Shown piece by piece: positions 8,001-16,732 of a DNA stretch of 64,000 nucleotides. The position numbers and the translations under genes are program-made. The notes under the pieces are model-generated. The model did no database searches. It was not told where the DNA came from and was given only the letters and a program-made list of their open reading frames with translations. Origin of the DNA: Nitrosopumilus sp. (lineage in GTDB: Archaea; Thermoproteota; Nitrososphaeria; Nitrososphaerales; Nitrosopumilaceae); the NCBI GenBank assembly GCA_965218785.1, contig OZ244650.1, positions 1,728,001 through 1,792,000 on the forward strand. The letters run 5' to 3'. The first letter of the stretch is position 1. Each line of letters opens with the position of its first letter.

Positions 8001-10753
8001 ATGATATCATCACAGGAATTGTCAGTTACAGTTGGGGCAAGATTGGAATAATCAGTTGTACTTATGAATACAGTCACAAGATCGTCTATTGGCATAATTG
8101 CGGGATCGGTGGTGTCCCGTACCGTTACTGTTTGCGTGTCAGTTGCCGCGTTTCCAGCAGAGTCTGTAGCAGTCCAGATTACCGTGGTGGCACCCGGTGG
8201 GAACTGTGCCGGTGCGTCATTTGTGATTGTAGGATTTGAATCTATAATATCTGTGGCAGTCGCAGAGCCGAGATTCACCGCGGTTCCAGGACATGTGACC
8301 TCTGCCTGCACGTCAGAGGGCACCGCAAGTGCGGGCGGTACGGTATCCTGAATTGTGATTGTCTGCGTGTCAGTTGCCGCGTTTCCAGCAGAGTCTGTCG
8401 CAGTCCACGTGACTGTGGTGGCACCCAACTGGAATGATGCTGGCGCGTCATTTGTAATGGATGGATTCGGATCAGTGTCATCGATGGCAGTTGCAGTACC
8501 GATGGATATGGTAGTGAGTGTACCAGTAGCTTCTGCAGTTATATCGTCAGGTACGGTAATTACAGGTGGCACAGTATCTGTGCCTGCATCATAAATCAGG
8601 ACATCGTCTATCTCCGTATCCTCAGATGTGTTGCTTGATATCGCATCAAATCTTATCTGAAACTGTGTACTGTGTGAATAACTGCTCAGGTCATACTCTT
8701 CCATGTGCCAAAGGTTGTCATCATCGGATTCATCGGCAGTAAATCTCTCAAGTATCTGCCACGTATCCCCTCCGTTATCTGAGACATATACTATGATTCC
8801 CTCCTGTTCTCGTGGGTCAGCTCCTATATCAACAAACCTGTAAAAACTCAGCTCCGGCTGGGTCATGGCAGCAAGATCAACGTGGTCTATCATTCTCAGG
8901 GTGCATGTGGAATCACAGTTGTCTGTTCCTGCCACGTTGTTGCCCGTATGGGAATCAGGAAAGGATCTGGTTGGATTGTCCCGTATCGACCACACGGTGT
9001 CTTTCTGACCAGTCGAGATCCATTGGGACAGATCCGTCTCAAAGTCATCTGAAAAGGAAGACACTGTATTTGGGACTGGGATATCAATGACAACACTGAC
9101 CACGGCTGTTCCGATCAGATCATCCTCGTTGGTTGCAGAGACTTTGATGGTATGAGACCCGTTTGCCAGATTTTCCAGCATCCACATCCAATTTGTAAAT
9201 ACACTCGACATGGAAGTGATGGTTGCCGGTTCAGAATATGGTGTGTTGTCGATTCTGAGCTGAATGTCATAGACATCACTGTTTCCCTCTTGTATGTAAC
9301 CAACTACAGATACGTTTGAAACTGGAAATGTCTGTCCGTTTAAGGGTTTGAGGATTCTCACCACCGGCGGCGTGTCATCTGCAATGCGCACATACAGTAC
9401 ATTTGAGGACGCTGATCTCTCATCTGCACTGTTTGCAAATATTCTAAAGTACATTTCATATCCGCCATATCTGTTATAATCCAGGCTGGTTCTAGTTTCA
9501 GATATGGTATCATGATGCTGCCACGAGACCGTGTCTTGGGATCGTTCCATTCTGTAAGATGTGATCGGCGTATCGGGGCTTGAAGGATGACTCCACGTAA
9601 AACGGATGATGTTGCCAGACAGCGTGTATGCCAGGTCGTCTATCGGGTCTGGCATGATAATCGGAGGTACCTGTCCGATAATTGACACTGTGCCCTCTCT
9701 TGTGTGCCCGGATCTTCCATCAGTTACTGAATATACTATAGAGTCAGATTCGGACGGGGTGTGGGTGGGCGTGTAGACCAGCCTTGCTGAATCCCCGTCG
9801 ATGTTTGGAATCTTTGTCCTCAGATTATTATGATCCAGAGTTCCCTTTGTCGGATTACTTACAAGATGGTATGTAAGATAATCCTTGTCAGTATCCACTC
9901 CAACCAGATTGATTGTGTGCGGCGTGTTGCCAGTTATTCTGATTGTCTGGTCTGGTGCGTTTGGAATCTGGTTTATTGTAGCATTGACACTACAGTCAAG
10001 TGAGGTCGTAGTTCCTGCAACAAAGCCGTCACTGCATTTTTTACCCATGTATCCCTCGTCTGCATCACCTGTAAAGACGGTGGCAGTGCTTGGGAAATTT
10101 ATCCATGAATCGTTCTGTTTTATTTTCATGTTTGTAAACTTGCTCATGGGAATTGTTGAATATCTGTCAGTTGCCGAAATAGTTCCTTCTATGCCGACTA
10201 GTCCAGAGTACACGTTATCTGCCCTAAGTGATAATCTGGCCAGGGATCGTGTTTGTTCAGGAGTGGTGACGGTTGTTTCAACTCCGATTCCCTTGTCCTC
10301 TATGATTACCGTGATATCCTCGCCATAGTCTACCCTTCCCAGTGATGAGAGGTTTTCCTGATATACGTCATCACCCAGTTCGTCAACATTATTTACTCCA
10401 TAGTATATGCTTGTTTGTGCAACGCATTCTGTGTCTCCGAATAACCCCACTCGGATCTCACCCCTTGTGATTCCGGATTCCATCCATTCGAAATTCTCAG
10501 TTCCTTCCGTTGGAGCGGCAGTCAACCACCCTGCTGATACTGCCCTGTCTGTGCAGGAATGTCTGTCAATGTACAAGTCGGGGGAATCCAACTGAAACTG
10601 AACTCCTTGGACGGGGGAAGAAGGATTTGTTCGAATTTGTGAATAACACTGTTCAGTAGGGCTACAGTCCGTTGCAAACGCATCCGGATAACTGGCAGAC
10701 AGTACAAAAAGTGCAGAGACTGCAAAAAATAATAACAAAAGATGTTTTCTCAT
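5012..10753 (-). CDS. Large secreted surface protein/adhesin (FN3, ~8 HYR-like repeats, Ig-like domains, NHL beta-propeller)
   Basis: 1913 aa with signal peptide; repeated DTTPPVIT..P.DVTAE...WTATD.SGN units; NHL repeats (ILVAD..N.RIQVFDLDG...FGS.GSGNGQF..P); two TPNGGTH Ig-like domains. Confidence 0.92.
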   Translation of the reverse strand: MRKHLLLLFFAVSALFVLSASYPDAFATDCSPTEQCYSQIRTNPSSPVQGVQFQLDSPDLYIDRHSCTDRAVSAGWLTAAPTEGTENFEWMESGITRGEIRVGLFGDTECVAQTSIYYGVNNVDELGDDVYQENLSSLGRVDYGEDITVIIEDKGIGVETTVTTPEQTRSLARLSLRADNVYSGLVGIEGTISATDRYSTIPMSKFTNMKIKQNDSWINFPSTATVFTGDADEGYMGKKCSDGFVAGTTTSLDCSVNATINQIPNAPDQTIRITGNTPHTINLVGVDTDKDYLTYHLVSNPTKGTLDHNNLRTKIPNIDGDSARLVYTPTHTPSESDSIVYSVTDGRSGHTREGTVSIIGQVPPIIMPDPIDDLAYTLSGNIIRFTWSHPSSPDTPITSYRMERSQDTVSWQHHDTISETRTSLDYNRYGGYEMYFRIFANSADERSASSNVLYVRIADDTPPVVRILKPLNGQTFPVSNVSVVGYIQEGNSDVYDIQLRIDNTPYSEPATITSMSSVFTNWMWMLENLANGSHTIKVSATNEDDLIGTAVVSVVIDIPVPNTVSSFSDDFETDLSQWISTGQKDTVWSIRDNPTRSFPDSHTGNNVAGTDNCDSTCTLRMIDHVDLAAMTQPELSFYRFVDIGADPREQEGIIVYVSDNGGDTWQILERFTADESDDDNLWHMEEYDLSSYSHSTQFQIRFDAISSNTSEDTEIDDVLIYDAGTDTVPPVITVPDDITAEATGTLTTISIGTATAIDDTDPNPSITNDAPASFQLGATTVTWTATDSAGNAATDTQTITIQDTVPPALAVPSDVQAEVTCPGTAVNLGSATATDIIDSNPTITNDAPAQFPPGATTVIWTATDSAGNAATDTQTVTVRDTTDPAIMPIDDLVTVFISTTDYSNLAPTVTDNSCDDIMPKHNAPDPFPLGPTMVTWTATDDSGNSDSTTHTVTIVDIAPPIIMAPVDVTAEVTCPGTTVDLGQPAYSDNYDPNPEITNDAPASFQLGTATVLWTATDSSGNTATDAQLVTIRDTVPPVITSVEDVIAEITGQLTPVSLVLPGTSENSCEVVTPTNDATGSFPLGDTIVTWSAADVSGNMAILTQRITIQDTTPPVITAPADVTAESTGILTAVSIGTATAIDVSGVTPTITNDAPDSFPLGDTTVTWSATDASGNTATIPQTVTIQDTTPPVITAPADVTAEITGIRTAVFLGMATATDIADPNPVIAKDAPDSFPLGDTTVTWSATDASGNTATIPQTVTIQDTTPPVITAPADVIAEYTDVLTTVSIGTATAIDVSGVTPTITNDAPDSFQMGDTTITWTATDASGNTATAIQSITIQDTTPPVITAPADVTAEYTDVLTTVSIGMATATDIADPNPKITNSASASFPLGDTLVIWTATDSSGNQAIDTQTITVQKTVPPITPLETITAAITNTSTPNGGTHTSADISYVVTFDESVTDFTRTDIDVSGTASVTSEGVHNFNELGDDGLIWTFSLDATSDGTLTVSIPPNVVMGADDSVNMASNTYTVTLDIFVPVATFQSSIDRLAGDFRYNRGIAVNSAHILVADTYNNRIRVFDLDGNFVSTFGNSYASGNGQFKKPFDITVTPTRILVADLANHRIQIFDLDGNYVDKFGKYGSGNGMLKFPTGITTTPTHIVVPDRSNNRIQIFDLDGNHVNTFGSRGSGNGEFHFPTGVTTTSTNILVADRNNHRIQVFDLDGNYLSKFGSRGSGNGQFYLPEKVTTTPAYILVADSRNDRIQVHDRDGNYISTIGSRGTGNDQFDRPAGITTNSTHMLISDIFNQRVQIYDLSPTVAITSDTPNGGTHNSNTISYTATFSEDVTDFAASDITVSGTASGGTPTVSNFAGTGTTYTFEVTATSGGTVTVSVPKLAASDAGHNFNRASDEYTVTVA

Positions 10754-11823
10754 CAGTTCATCATACTCTCAAACACCGGGATTAGTTCATCCAAGGTATG
10801 GTAAACCGAATTTACATACATGAGGGTATATTCATCAGGAGCGAAACCGATAGTAGTTTTATGGTAATTCAGATCGTTTCCGCCATCATAAGCATGAACC
10901 GTCTTGCCGTCTCGGGTCATCTCCCTAAAGCCGCCATAATTTCCACTTTGGGATTCTCTGCTTTCCCACAAGGTCTCTTTTATGTCTTCTATTTCATCAT
11001 ATGGAGTACTGCTGATTTTTGCAAGAGCAGTATAGCCATCTGAGTTTCTAAACAAGGTGTGATAAGTAGCACCAGGTTGCAGTACATAATCAATTGGAAC
11101 GAAATAATACTTTACATAGTGTACATTTCTACCCGACTTGTACTCTTCATACTCGGAGTTGGCATACAGCAACCTATACCCATCAAGAATATGCGCCGGC
11201 ATCCAGTCCTCAATGTATAATCCGACACCGGGATTCTTTGAATATTTTGTATGGGGCACGGATGTAAACGTGGTTGATCTGCTGGTCTCACCGCTTACAT
11301 CGCTACTGGGAAATACCAACTCGGCGCCCATTACTCTGTCATATATTGGGGGGCTTGGTGGGCTTCTCTGATGTGCTGGTGGATACTCCCTGCCGTCATC
11401 TACAAACTCTACAGTGGATGCAATGTTTAGTGTGACAGTTGTTATCTCTGAAACATCATCATCATCTGTATGGGCCTGTACCACATTAACTGACTCTCCG
11501 CCTATTTTCACGCTGTCTTGTACTGATACAGTATCCCGAAGATCCGAGTGCTCAGAGACTGATGCTGCCAGGGGCTCGGTGCTCTCAGCAACTAATATCC
11601 TCCACCCCTTCTTTTCGGCAGTCTTTTCTGATACACATGCAGGAGATCCGTTATCCCGAATCACCAGGACTCTATTCACTTTACACACCACGTCTTCGGG
11701 TAATACACCGGATTCTATCTGTTTTTTCGGAGATATGTAATCAGAGTAAGATGGCATGGTAATGCCTGAGAATAAAATTAATGATAATATCACACCTGTG
11801 AAAATGATCCCTGTTTTTTCCAC
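10753..11823 (-). CDS. Secreted hypothetical protein
   Basis: Signal peptide followed by a SPKKQIESGV.PEDVVC...PACVS..TA motif of the kind seen in Nitrosopumilus exported proteins; translationally coupled to the adhesin. Confidence 0.85.
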   Translation of the reverse strand: MEKTGIIFTGVILSLILFSGITMPSYSDYISPKKQIESGVLPEDVVCKVNRVLVIRDNGSPACVSEKTAEKKGWRILVAESTEPLAASVSEHSDLRDTVSVQDSVKIGGESVNVVQAHTDDDDVSEITTVTLNIASTVEFVDDGREYPPAHQRSPPSPPIYDRVMGAELVFPSSDVSGETSRSTTFTSVPHTKYSKNPGVGLYIEDWMPAHILDGYRLLYANSEYEEYKSGRNVHYVKYYFVPIDYVLQPGATYHTLFRNSDGYTALAKISSTPYDEIEDIKETLWESRESQSGNYGGFREMTRDGKTVHAYDGGNDLNYHKTTIGFAPDEYTLMYVNSVYHTLDELIPVFESMMN

Positions 11824-11892
11824 ACAATTGGATTTGTAACATACGATAAAAGAATTGTGATCAAATGTTCTGTCGGGTTATCGAGTGGTAAA

Positions 11893-13070
11893 TTAGACTA
11901 AATTTCCTCGGTAAAGGAAGGCATTTTGGATTAACGTAATCCACTTGTTCTTACCATCCACCTCGATCATTGAAGCCTGTGCTGGAATTTGACCTTTCAA
12001 TGCACCGTGTTTTTTAGTGAGATTGTAATATGCCTTCATACCATCAAGTATTGGGGTATCCATTTTCTTAAGACCTCTAAAGACTTTCTCACGCTCTCTA
12101 ATCTCACCATTTAGACGCCCCATTTTGTTATTATTGTCTAGGTCTCTTTTTCCTGCAATATGGATATGTCTAATATGTTTTGTTTGTTTACCAAACACCT
12201 TCCTGGAGGATTTCATGTATGCAGGAAGGCCATCAGTTACAAAATGAGAGGGAGATTTCCAGATCTGGGCTTTGGTCAGTTCCAGTAAAGAATCTGCATC
12301 ATCATGTTGGAACTTTGTCTCTGCCTGGTCTAATGCGATCCAATATCTGGAATCATCATCCATAGAGGCAAACAGGTACTTTTGATTTCCGACGATTTTT
12401 ACCCATACCTCGTCTGCCCTGACCCAGGCCTATCGCTGGTTCTTGGGACTATCTCGTTTAGGTAATTTGAAACCATAGCCAAATATTTTGCTATCCAATC
12501 ATAGATGGAGCTGTGATCAACGTCTATGCCCATCATCTCGAAATTACACTCAATGTCCCCGACGGACATTCCCTGATAGTACATTTGAATGGCTTGGGTT
12601 ATGGTTCTCTCGTCATGTCTCATTTTCTCAAATCCGAAATTGGCCGTAAATCTCCTCTCACAATCCAGGCATTTGAAAGTCTGGGAATTGTCTTTCTTGG
12701 TCTTTCTCATGCCCCATTTTTTGATATTGCCTGAATCGCAGAATTTGCAGATCTTGATTAATTCTCTCTCAATGATTCTGAACCCATCATGGCCAAAGAC
12801 GTTCTTTCTGACGTATTCCAATACTACCTTGATATGCTTGCAGTCTGCCCCCGGTCTGATGGTCTGGACATTCGCAGACTAGGCCATTATTGGTTTTGGA
12901 TATGATATAAAATTTTGAAGGGTCTGTCTGGACCCCACTTTGAATTTATCCATCCCTATCTGTGAGGCATGGTTTTCTTTTGACATGATCTGCCCTGCCC
13001 TCTCCTGCATTGCGTTTGTTGTAGGAACCGTCTTGGGTCTGTTTGTCATCCTGAGCGTTGACTTTGGATC
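11893..13070 (-). pseudogene. IS6-like DDE transposase pseudogene (archaeal type with N-terminal Zn fingers), frameshifted
   Basis: Fragments in different frames: DCKHIK (SWIM-like), CKFC..CLDC Zn ribbon, HTH VDHSSIYDWI, ADEVWVKI..KYLFASMD, VTDG, and NNNKMGRLNG where the expected catalytic E is G. Confidence 0.85.
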
Positions 13071-13238
13071 AGAGGCTACTTCCGGTATGATTGGTAGGAT
13101 GTATTTCAGAGCATAGAACTTGTCTGTATTGTTATATGAAAAGGCGGGCATTTCAAATTTCAGGTCAAAAATTCTAGAATTTGTGTATCATTGTGACGGG
13201 CCACTTTGGGCGGGGGTCGTGCCGGAGGTAGCGCTTGA

Positions 13239-13411
13239 TGCTGGAGGTAGAGCCTTTGTAGTGGATCCCTAGTGCTGGAGGTAGAGCCCTAGTGCTGGAG
13301 GTAGAGCCCTGGTGCTGGAGGTAGAGCCCTGGTGCTGGAGGTAGAGCCCTGGTGCTGGAGGTAGAGCCTTTGTAGTGGAGCCTTAGTGGAGGTGGAGCCC
13401 TAGTGCTGGAG
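13239..13411. repeat. Tandem array A1: 20-bp unit RGTGCTGGAGGTAGAGCCCT, 5 copies plus partials
   Basis: Direct read; full copies at 13271-13370. Confidence 0.95.
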
Positions 13412-13453
13412 TTTTGACATGAACTCTGGGAACAGGAGTCTTGAGTTGAACCC

Positions 13454-13514
13454 TGAGCCGCTATGGTATGATCTATGATATGAGCCGCTATGGTATGATC
13501 TATGATATGAGCCG
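13454..13514. repeat. Tandem array A2: 27-bp unit TGAGCCGCTATGGTATGATCTATGATA, 2 copies
   Basis: Direct read. Confidence 0.9.
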
Positions 13515-13568
13515 TGAGACATGAAATGAGCCGTGAGCCGTGAGATGAGCCGTGAGATATGAGTCATG

Positions 13569-13683
13569 AGCCCTCAAAGTTGAGTCCCCAAAGTGTAGCC
13601 CTCAAAGTTGAGTCCCCAAAGTGTAGCCCTCAAAGTTGAGTCCCCAAAGTGTAGCCCTCAAAGTTGAGTCCCTCAAAGTGTAG
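13569..13683. repeat. Tandem array A3: 28-bp unit AGCCCTCAAAGTTGAGTCCCCAAAGTGT, 4 copies
   Basis: Direct read. Confidence 0.95.
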
Positions 13684-13696
13684 ACCCCGGAGAGTT

Positions 13697-13828
13697 GTGA
13701 GCCGCCAGGACGTGAGCCGCCAGGACGTGAGCCGCCAGGACGTGAGCCGCCAGGACGTGAGCCGCCAGGACGTGAGCCGCCAGGACGTGAGCCGCCAGGA
13801 CGTGAGCCGCCAGGACGTGAGCCGCCAG
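13697..13828. repeat. Tandem array A4: 15-bp unit GTGAGCCGCCAGGAC, 8 copies plus a partial
   Basis: Direct read; copies are perfect. Confidence 0.97.
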
Positions 13829-13873
13829 ATATTTCCCGTGGTCTGAAAGTCCAAAGTGAGGCGGCGGCTTGTT

Positions 13874-14020
13874 CAAAATTTTCTCCAGAAAATTTTGGGG
13901 ATTGGTAGTCAGGCTTAGAAAAGCCTGACGGGGTGGTACAAGGACTCGTCAGAGTCCTTGAGAAAGATGTTGAAGTTCCGGAATCAGGTTCGTTTTTTTG
14001 AAATGACGAGGGTAATGCGA
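13874..14020. repeat. Conserved hairpin core module 1
   Basis: caaaattttct-cc-agaaaattttg; gtcaggctt..aagcctgac; caaggactc-gtca-gagtccttg; T-rich tail ending aatgcga. Confidence 0.9.
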
Positions 14021-14057
14021 AAGAAAATCTGAAAGCTGGCTTGTGATCCGTATGAAC

Positions 14058-14296
14058 AATTCATAAGCTACATAAGCATAATTCATAAACTACATAAGCA
14101 TAATTCATAAACTACATAAGCATAATTCATAAGCTACATATGCACAGATCATATGCTTCATATGCACAGATCATATGATCCATATGCACAGATCATATGA
14201 TCCATATGCACAGATCATATGATCCATATGCACAGATCATATGATCCATATGCACAGATCATATGATCCATATGCACAAATCATATGTTTCATATG
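14058..14296. repeat. Tandem arrays B1/B2: 22-bp AATTCATAARCTACATAAGCAT (~4 copies) then 22-bp CATATGCACAGATCATATGATC (7 copies)
   Basis: Direct read; B2 contains two CATATG palindromes per unit. Confidence 0.95.
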
Positions 14297-14458
14297 AAAA
14301 CCAGTGCTTAAATTAATTTATCATATGTTTCATATGAAATCAGAACAAAAAGTACATATCAGAAAATTTCAGTGCACACAAAATTCATCTTGCACACATG
14401 AATTTGAAGAATTAAATTCCAAGACTTTGGAAGAAATGGGGGATTCAGAAAGAGATTG

Positions 14459-14830
14459 TTTCAGGTCACGGTTTCCAGAATCTGCATGTTATTGTGATGG
14501 GTTGCTTTGGACTTGGGTCCGGCGGAGGTGGAACCCTGGTGCCGTAGGTAGAGCCTTTGTAGTGGAGCCTTTGTAGTGGAGCCTTGACATGAACTCTAAG
14601 AACAGGAGGCTTGAGCCTTGAGCCTTGACATGGGCAATGACATGAGCCGTGAGCCGTGGTATGAGCCGTGAGATGAGTCGTGAGCCCTACATGAGACGCG
14701 AGCCCTCAAAGAGGAGAGCCTCCAAAGAGGAGAGCCTCCAAAGAATAAAGCCCCGAAAGTGGAGGGCCCAGAAGTGTAGCCCTCAAAGTTGAGTCCCTCA
14801 AAGTTGAGAGCCACCAGGACGTGAGCCGTC
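14459..14830. repeat. Diverged second copy of the GAGCC-rich block (homologous to ~13158-13830)
   Basis: Same order of motifs: tttcaggtca..attgtga, ggtagagcctttgtagtggagcc, ttgacatgaactct..gaacaggag, tgagccgtgag, gtagccctcaaagttgagtccctcaaagt, ccaggacgtgagccg. Confidence 0.88.
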
Positions 14831-14879
14831 AATTATTTCGTGTGATCTTTGTGAAAATCTGAAATGGGGGGGGCTTGTT

Positions 14880-15030
14880 CAAAATTTTCTCCAGAAAATT
14901 TTGACGGGTTGGTAGTCAGGCTTTGGGAAAAGCCTGACGGAATGGTACAAGGACTCGTCAGAGTCCTTGTGAAAAATGTTGATGTTCCAGAATCAACTCG
15001 TCGTTTTGGTGTTTGTGAGGATAATGCGAG
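14880..15030. repeat. Conserved hairpin core module 2
   Basis: Same three hairpins as module 1; tail gatgttccagaatcaactcgtcgttttggtgtttgtgaggataatgcgag. Confidence 0.92.
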
Positions 15031-15088
15031 TTGAGATGCTGTGAGTAGACAGGAATGGTGGTTGTATCATACAGTGAATGCCGGTAAT

Positions 15089-15221
15089 TTTGTAGACAAT
15101 GCCTACAAACTTTGTAGACAATGTAGACATGTAGACATGGAATTGTAGACAATGTAGACAATGTCTACAAACTTTGTAGACAATGTAGACATGAGACATG
15201 GGGTTTACGTGAGACATGGGG
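15089..15221. repeat. Repeat block C: clustered TGTAGACA motifs in direct and inverted orientation
   Basis: About ten TGTAGACA/TGTCTACA/TGAGACA motifs. Confidence 0.9.
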
Positions 15222-15391
15222 AAAAATAACCAATATCCTCTAGGGTCAAGTGCCCTCTTCATGGATGTCCTGTCATGAAATAATTAGGTCGTTTTGATTG
15301 TAGGGTGTCTGGGGACCTGGTTCGGTCACGATCCGGCGTGTGGTTGGTTCATGACTTTCTCCCCTCCTCCAAGTTTTGTGTGTGTGGTGTA

Positions 15392-15508
15392 AGGCCCCCA
15401 GCGGGGGTCTGTAGGGGAATGGTACAAGGACTCCGTTAGGAGTCCTGAGAAAAGATGTTGAATTTCCTAGATTGGTTCGTTGTTTTGATGTTTGTGAGGT
15501 AAATGCGA
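15392..15508. repeat. Conserved hairpin core module 3 (diverged, stems preserved)
   Basis: aggccccc-agc-gggggtct replaces hairpin 2; ggaatggtaca then aggactcc-gtta-ggagtcct; tail ..tgtttgtgaggtaaatgcga. Confidence 0.88.
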
Positions 15509-15525
15509 AGAAAATCGATGTGCGT

Positions 15526-15583
15526 ATCTTTACAGACTTGAAAGATAATCTTTACAGACTTGGGGGATAATCTTTACAGACTT
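15526..15583. repeat. Tandem array D: 22-bp ATCTTTACAGACTTGRRRGATA, ~2.6 copies
   Basis: Direct read. Confidence 0.88.
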
Positions 15584-15677
15584 TATGATCTTGAAAGAAT
15601 ATTCTCTGTCATGTATGTTCGAATGTAAAAACCAACACTGTAATGCTTTCCATGACATTCTGTCATTATGCTTGATA

Positions 15678-15827
15678 CAAAATTTTCCCCAGAAAATTTT
15701 AACGGTTGATAGTCAGGCTTTTTTCAAAGCCTGACGGAATGGTACAAGGACTCGCCAGAGTCCTTGTGAAAGATGTTGATGTTCCAGAATCAACTCGTCG
15801 TTTTGGTGTTTGTGAGGATAATGCGAG
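15678..15827. repeat. Conserved hairpin core module 4
   Basis: Three hairpins; loop 3 is gcca; near-identical to modules 2 and 5. Confidence 0.92.
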
Positions 15828-15855
15828 CTGGACTGTTGTTCGTGAAAGATGCAAT

Positions 15856-16059
15856 ATGTCTGAAAAAACGTGTTTCTACTGTTGTTTTAACATGTTTAAC
15901 ATGTCTGAAAAAACCTGTCAAACGTGTTTCTACTGTTGTTTTAACATGTTTAACATGTCTGAAAAAACCTGTCAAACGTGTTTCTACTGTTGTTTTAACA
16001 TGTTTAACATGTCTAAAAAAACCTGTCAAACGTGTTTCTAATGTTGTTTTAACATGTTT
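15856..16059. repeat. Tandem array E: 54-bp ATGTCTGAAAAAACCTGTCAAACGTGTTTCTACTGTTGTTTTAACATGTTTAAC, ~3.7 copies
   Basis: Direct read; contains AACATGTT palindromes. Confidence 0.95.
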
Positions 16060-16135
16060 GGAAGAAGACATATCTGTTTGACAGATGTCATTGGTACTTT
16101 GGCGGTTCAATCCAGGCTGTCTTAAATTATTCCAG

Positions 16136-16260
16136 CGGTTGATAATCAGGCTTTTTTCAAAGCCTGACGGAATGGTACAAGGACTCGCCAGAGTCCTTGT
16201 GAAAGATGTTGATGTTCCAGAATCAACTCGTCGTTTTGGTGTTTGTGAGGATAATGCGAG
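16136..16260. repeat. Conserved hairpin core module 5
   Basis: Nearly identical to module 4 from cggttgata onward; lacks hairpin 1. Confidence 0.92.
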
Positions 16261-16288
16261 CTGAACTGCTGTTCGTGAAGATTGAAAA

Positions 16289-16445
16289 AAAGTACTTTTG
16301 TGGTCGGTATTCGACCCCTTTGTGGTCGATACAAATGTGGTCGAAAGTACTTTTGTGGTCGGTATTCGACCCCTTTGTGGTCGATACAAATGTGGTCGAA
16401 AGTACTTTTGTGGTCGGTATTCGACCCCTTTGCGGTCGGTACAAG
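16289..16445. repeat. Tandem array F: 55-bp unit containing three TGTGGTCG motifs, ~2.8 copies
   Basis: agtacttttg starts at 16291, 16346 and 16401 (period 55). Confidence 0.95.
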
Positions 16446-16508
16446 TCATCCAAGAACCCGTGCCAATTACCAGTCCAAAGCCTATGTGGGGGTGTCGGGT
16501 GGGAAGAG

Positions 16509-16585
16509 AGACACCGGAATTGCCGGTGTCTATGTTTTGGTTTTTTATTTTGATTCGTCGTTTCGATGTTTGTGAAGGAAATGCG
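16509..16585. repeat. Highly diverged core module 6
   Basis: Different-sequence hairpin agacaccgg-aattg-ccggtgtct followed by a recognisable tail ttcgtcgtttcgatgtttgtgaaggaaatgcg. Confidence 0.7.
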
Positions 16586-16616
16586 GGTGAATAATTTATT
16601 CGTGGAATTTTAAAAT

Positions 16617-16732
16617 GGTGCAAAAGAGGTCAGTTTCTGACTGAAAAGGAGTCAGTAGCAAGTGGGTCAAAGGTGCAAAAGGAGTCAGTTTCTGACTGAA
16701 AAGGAGTCAGTTTCTGACTGAAAAGGTCAGTA
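16617..16732. repeat. Repeat block G: 22-bp AAAAGGAGTCAGTTTCTGACTG, 3 copies plus partials
   Basis: Copies at 16622, 16677 and 16699; internal palindrome AGTCAG-TTT-CTGACT. Confidence 0.9.

Noticed and set aside
5082-10595. Long plus-strand ORFs opposite the adhesin
   Set aside because: Antisense shadows of a Thr/Asp-rich repetitive gene.
13874-16260. DGR or retron (hairpins plus repeats)
   Set aside because: No reverse transcriptase is visible, and there is no template/variable repeat pair with adenine-specific differences.
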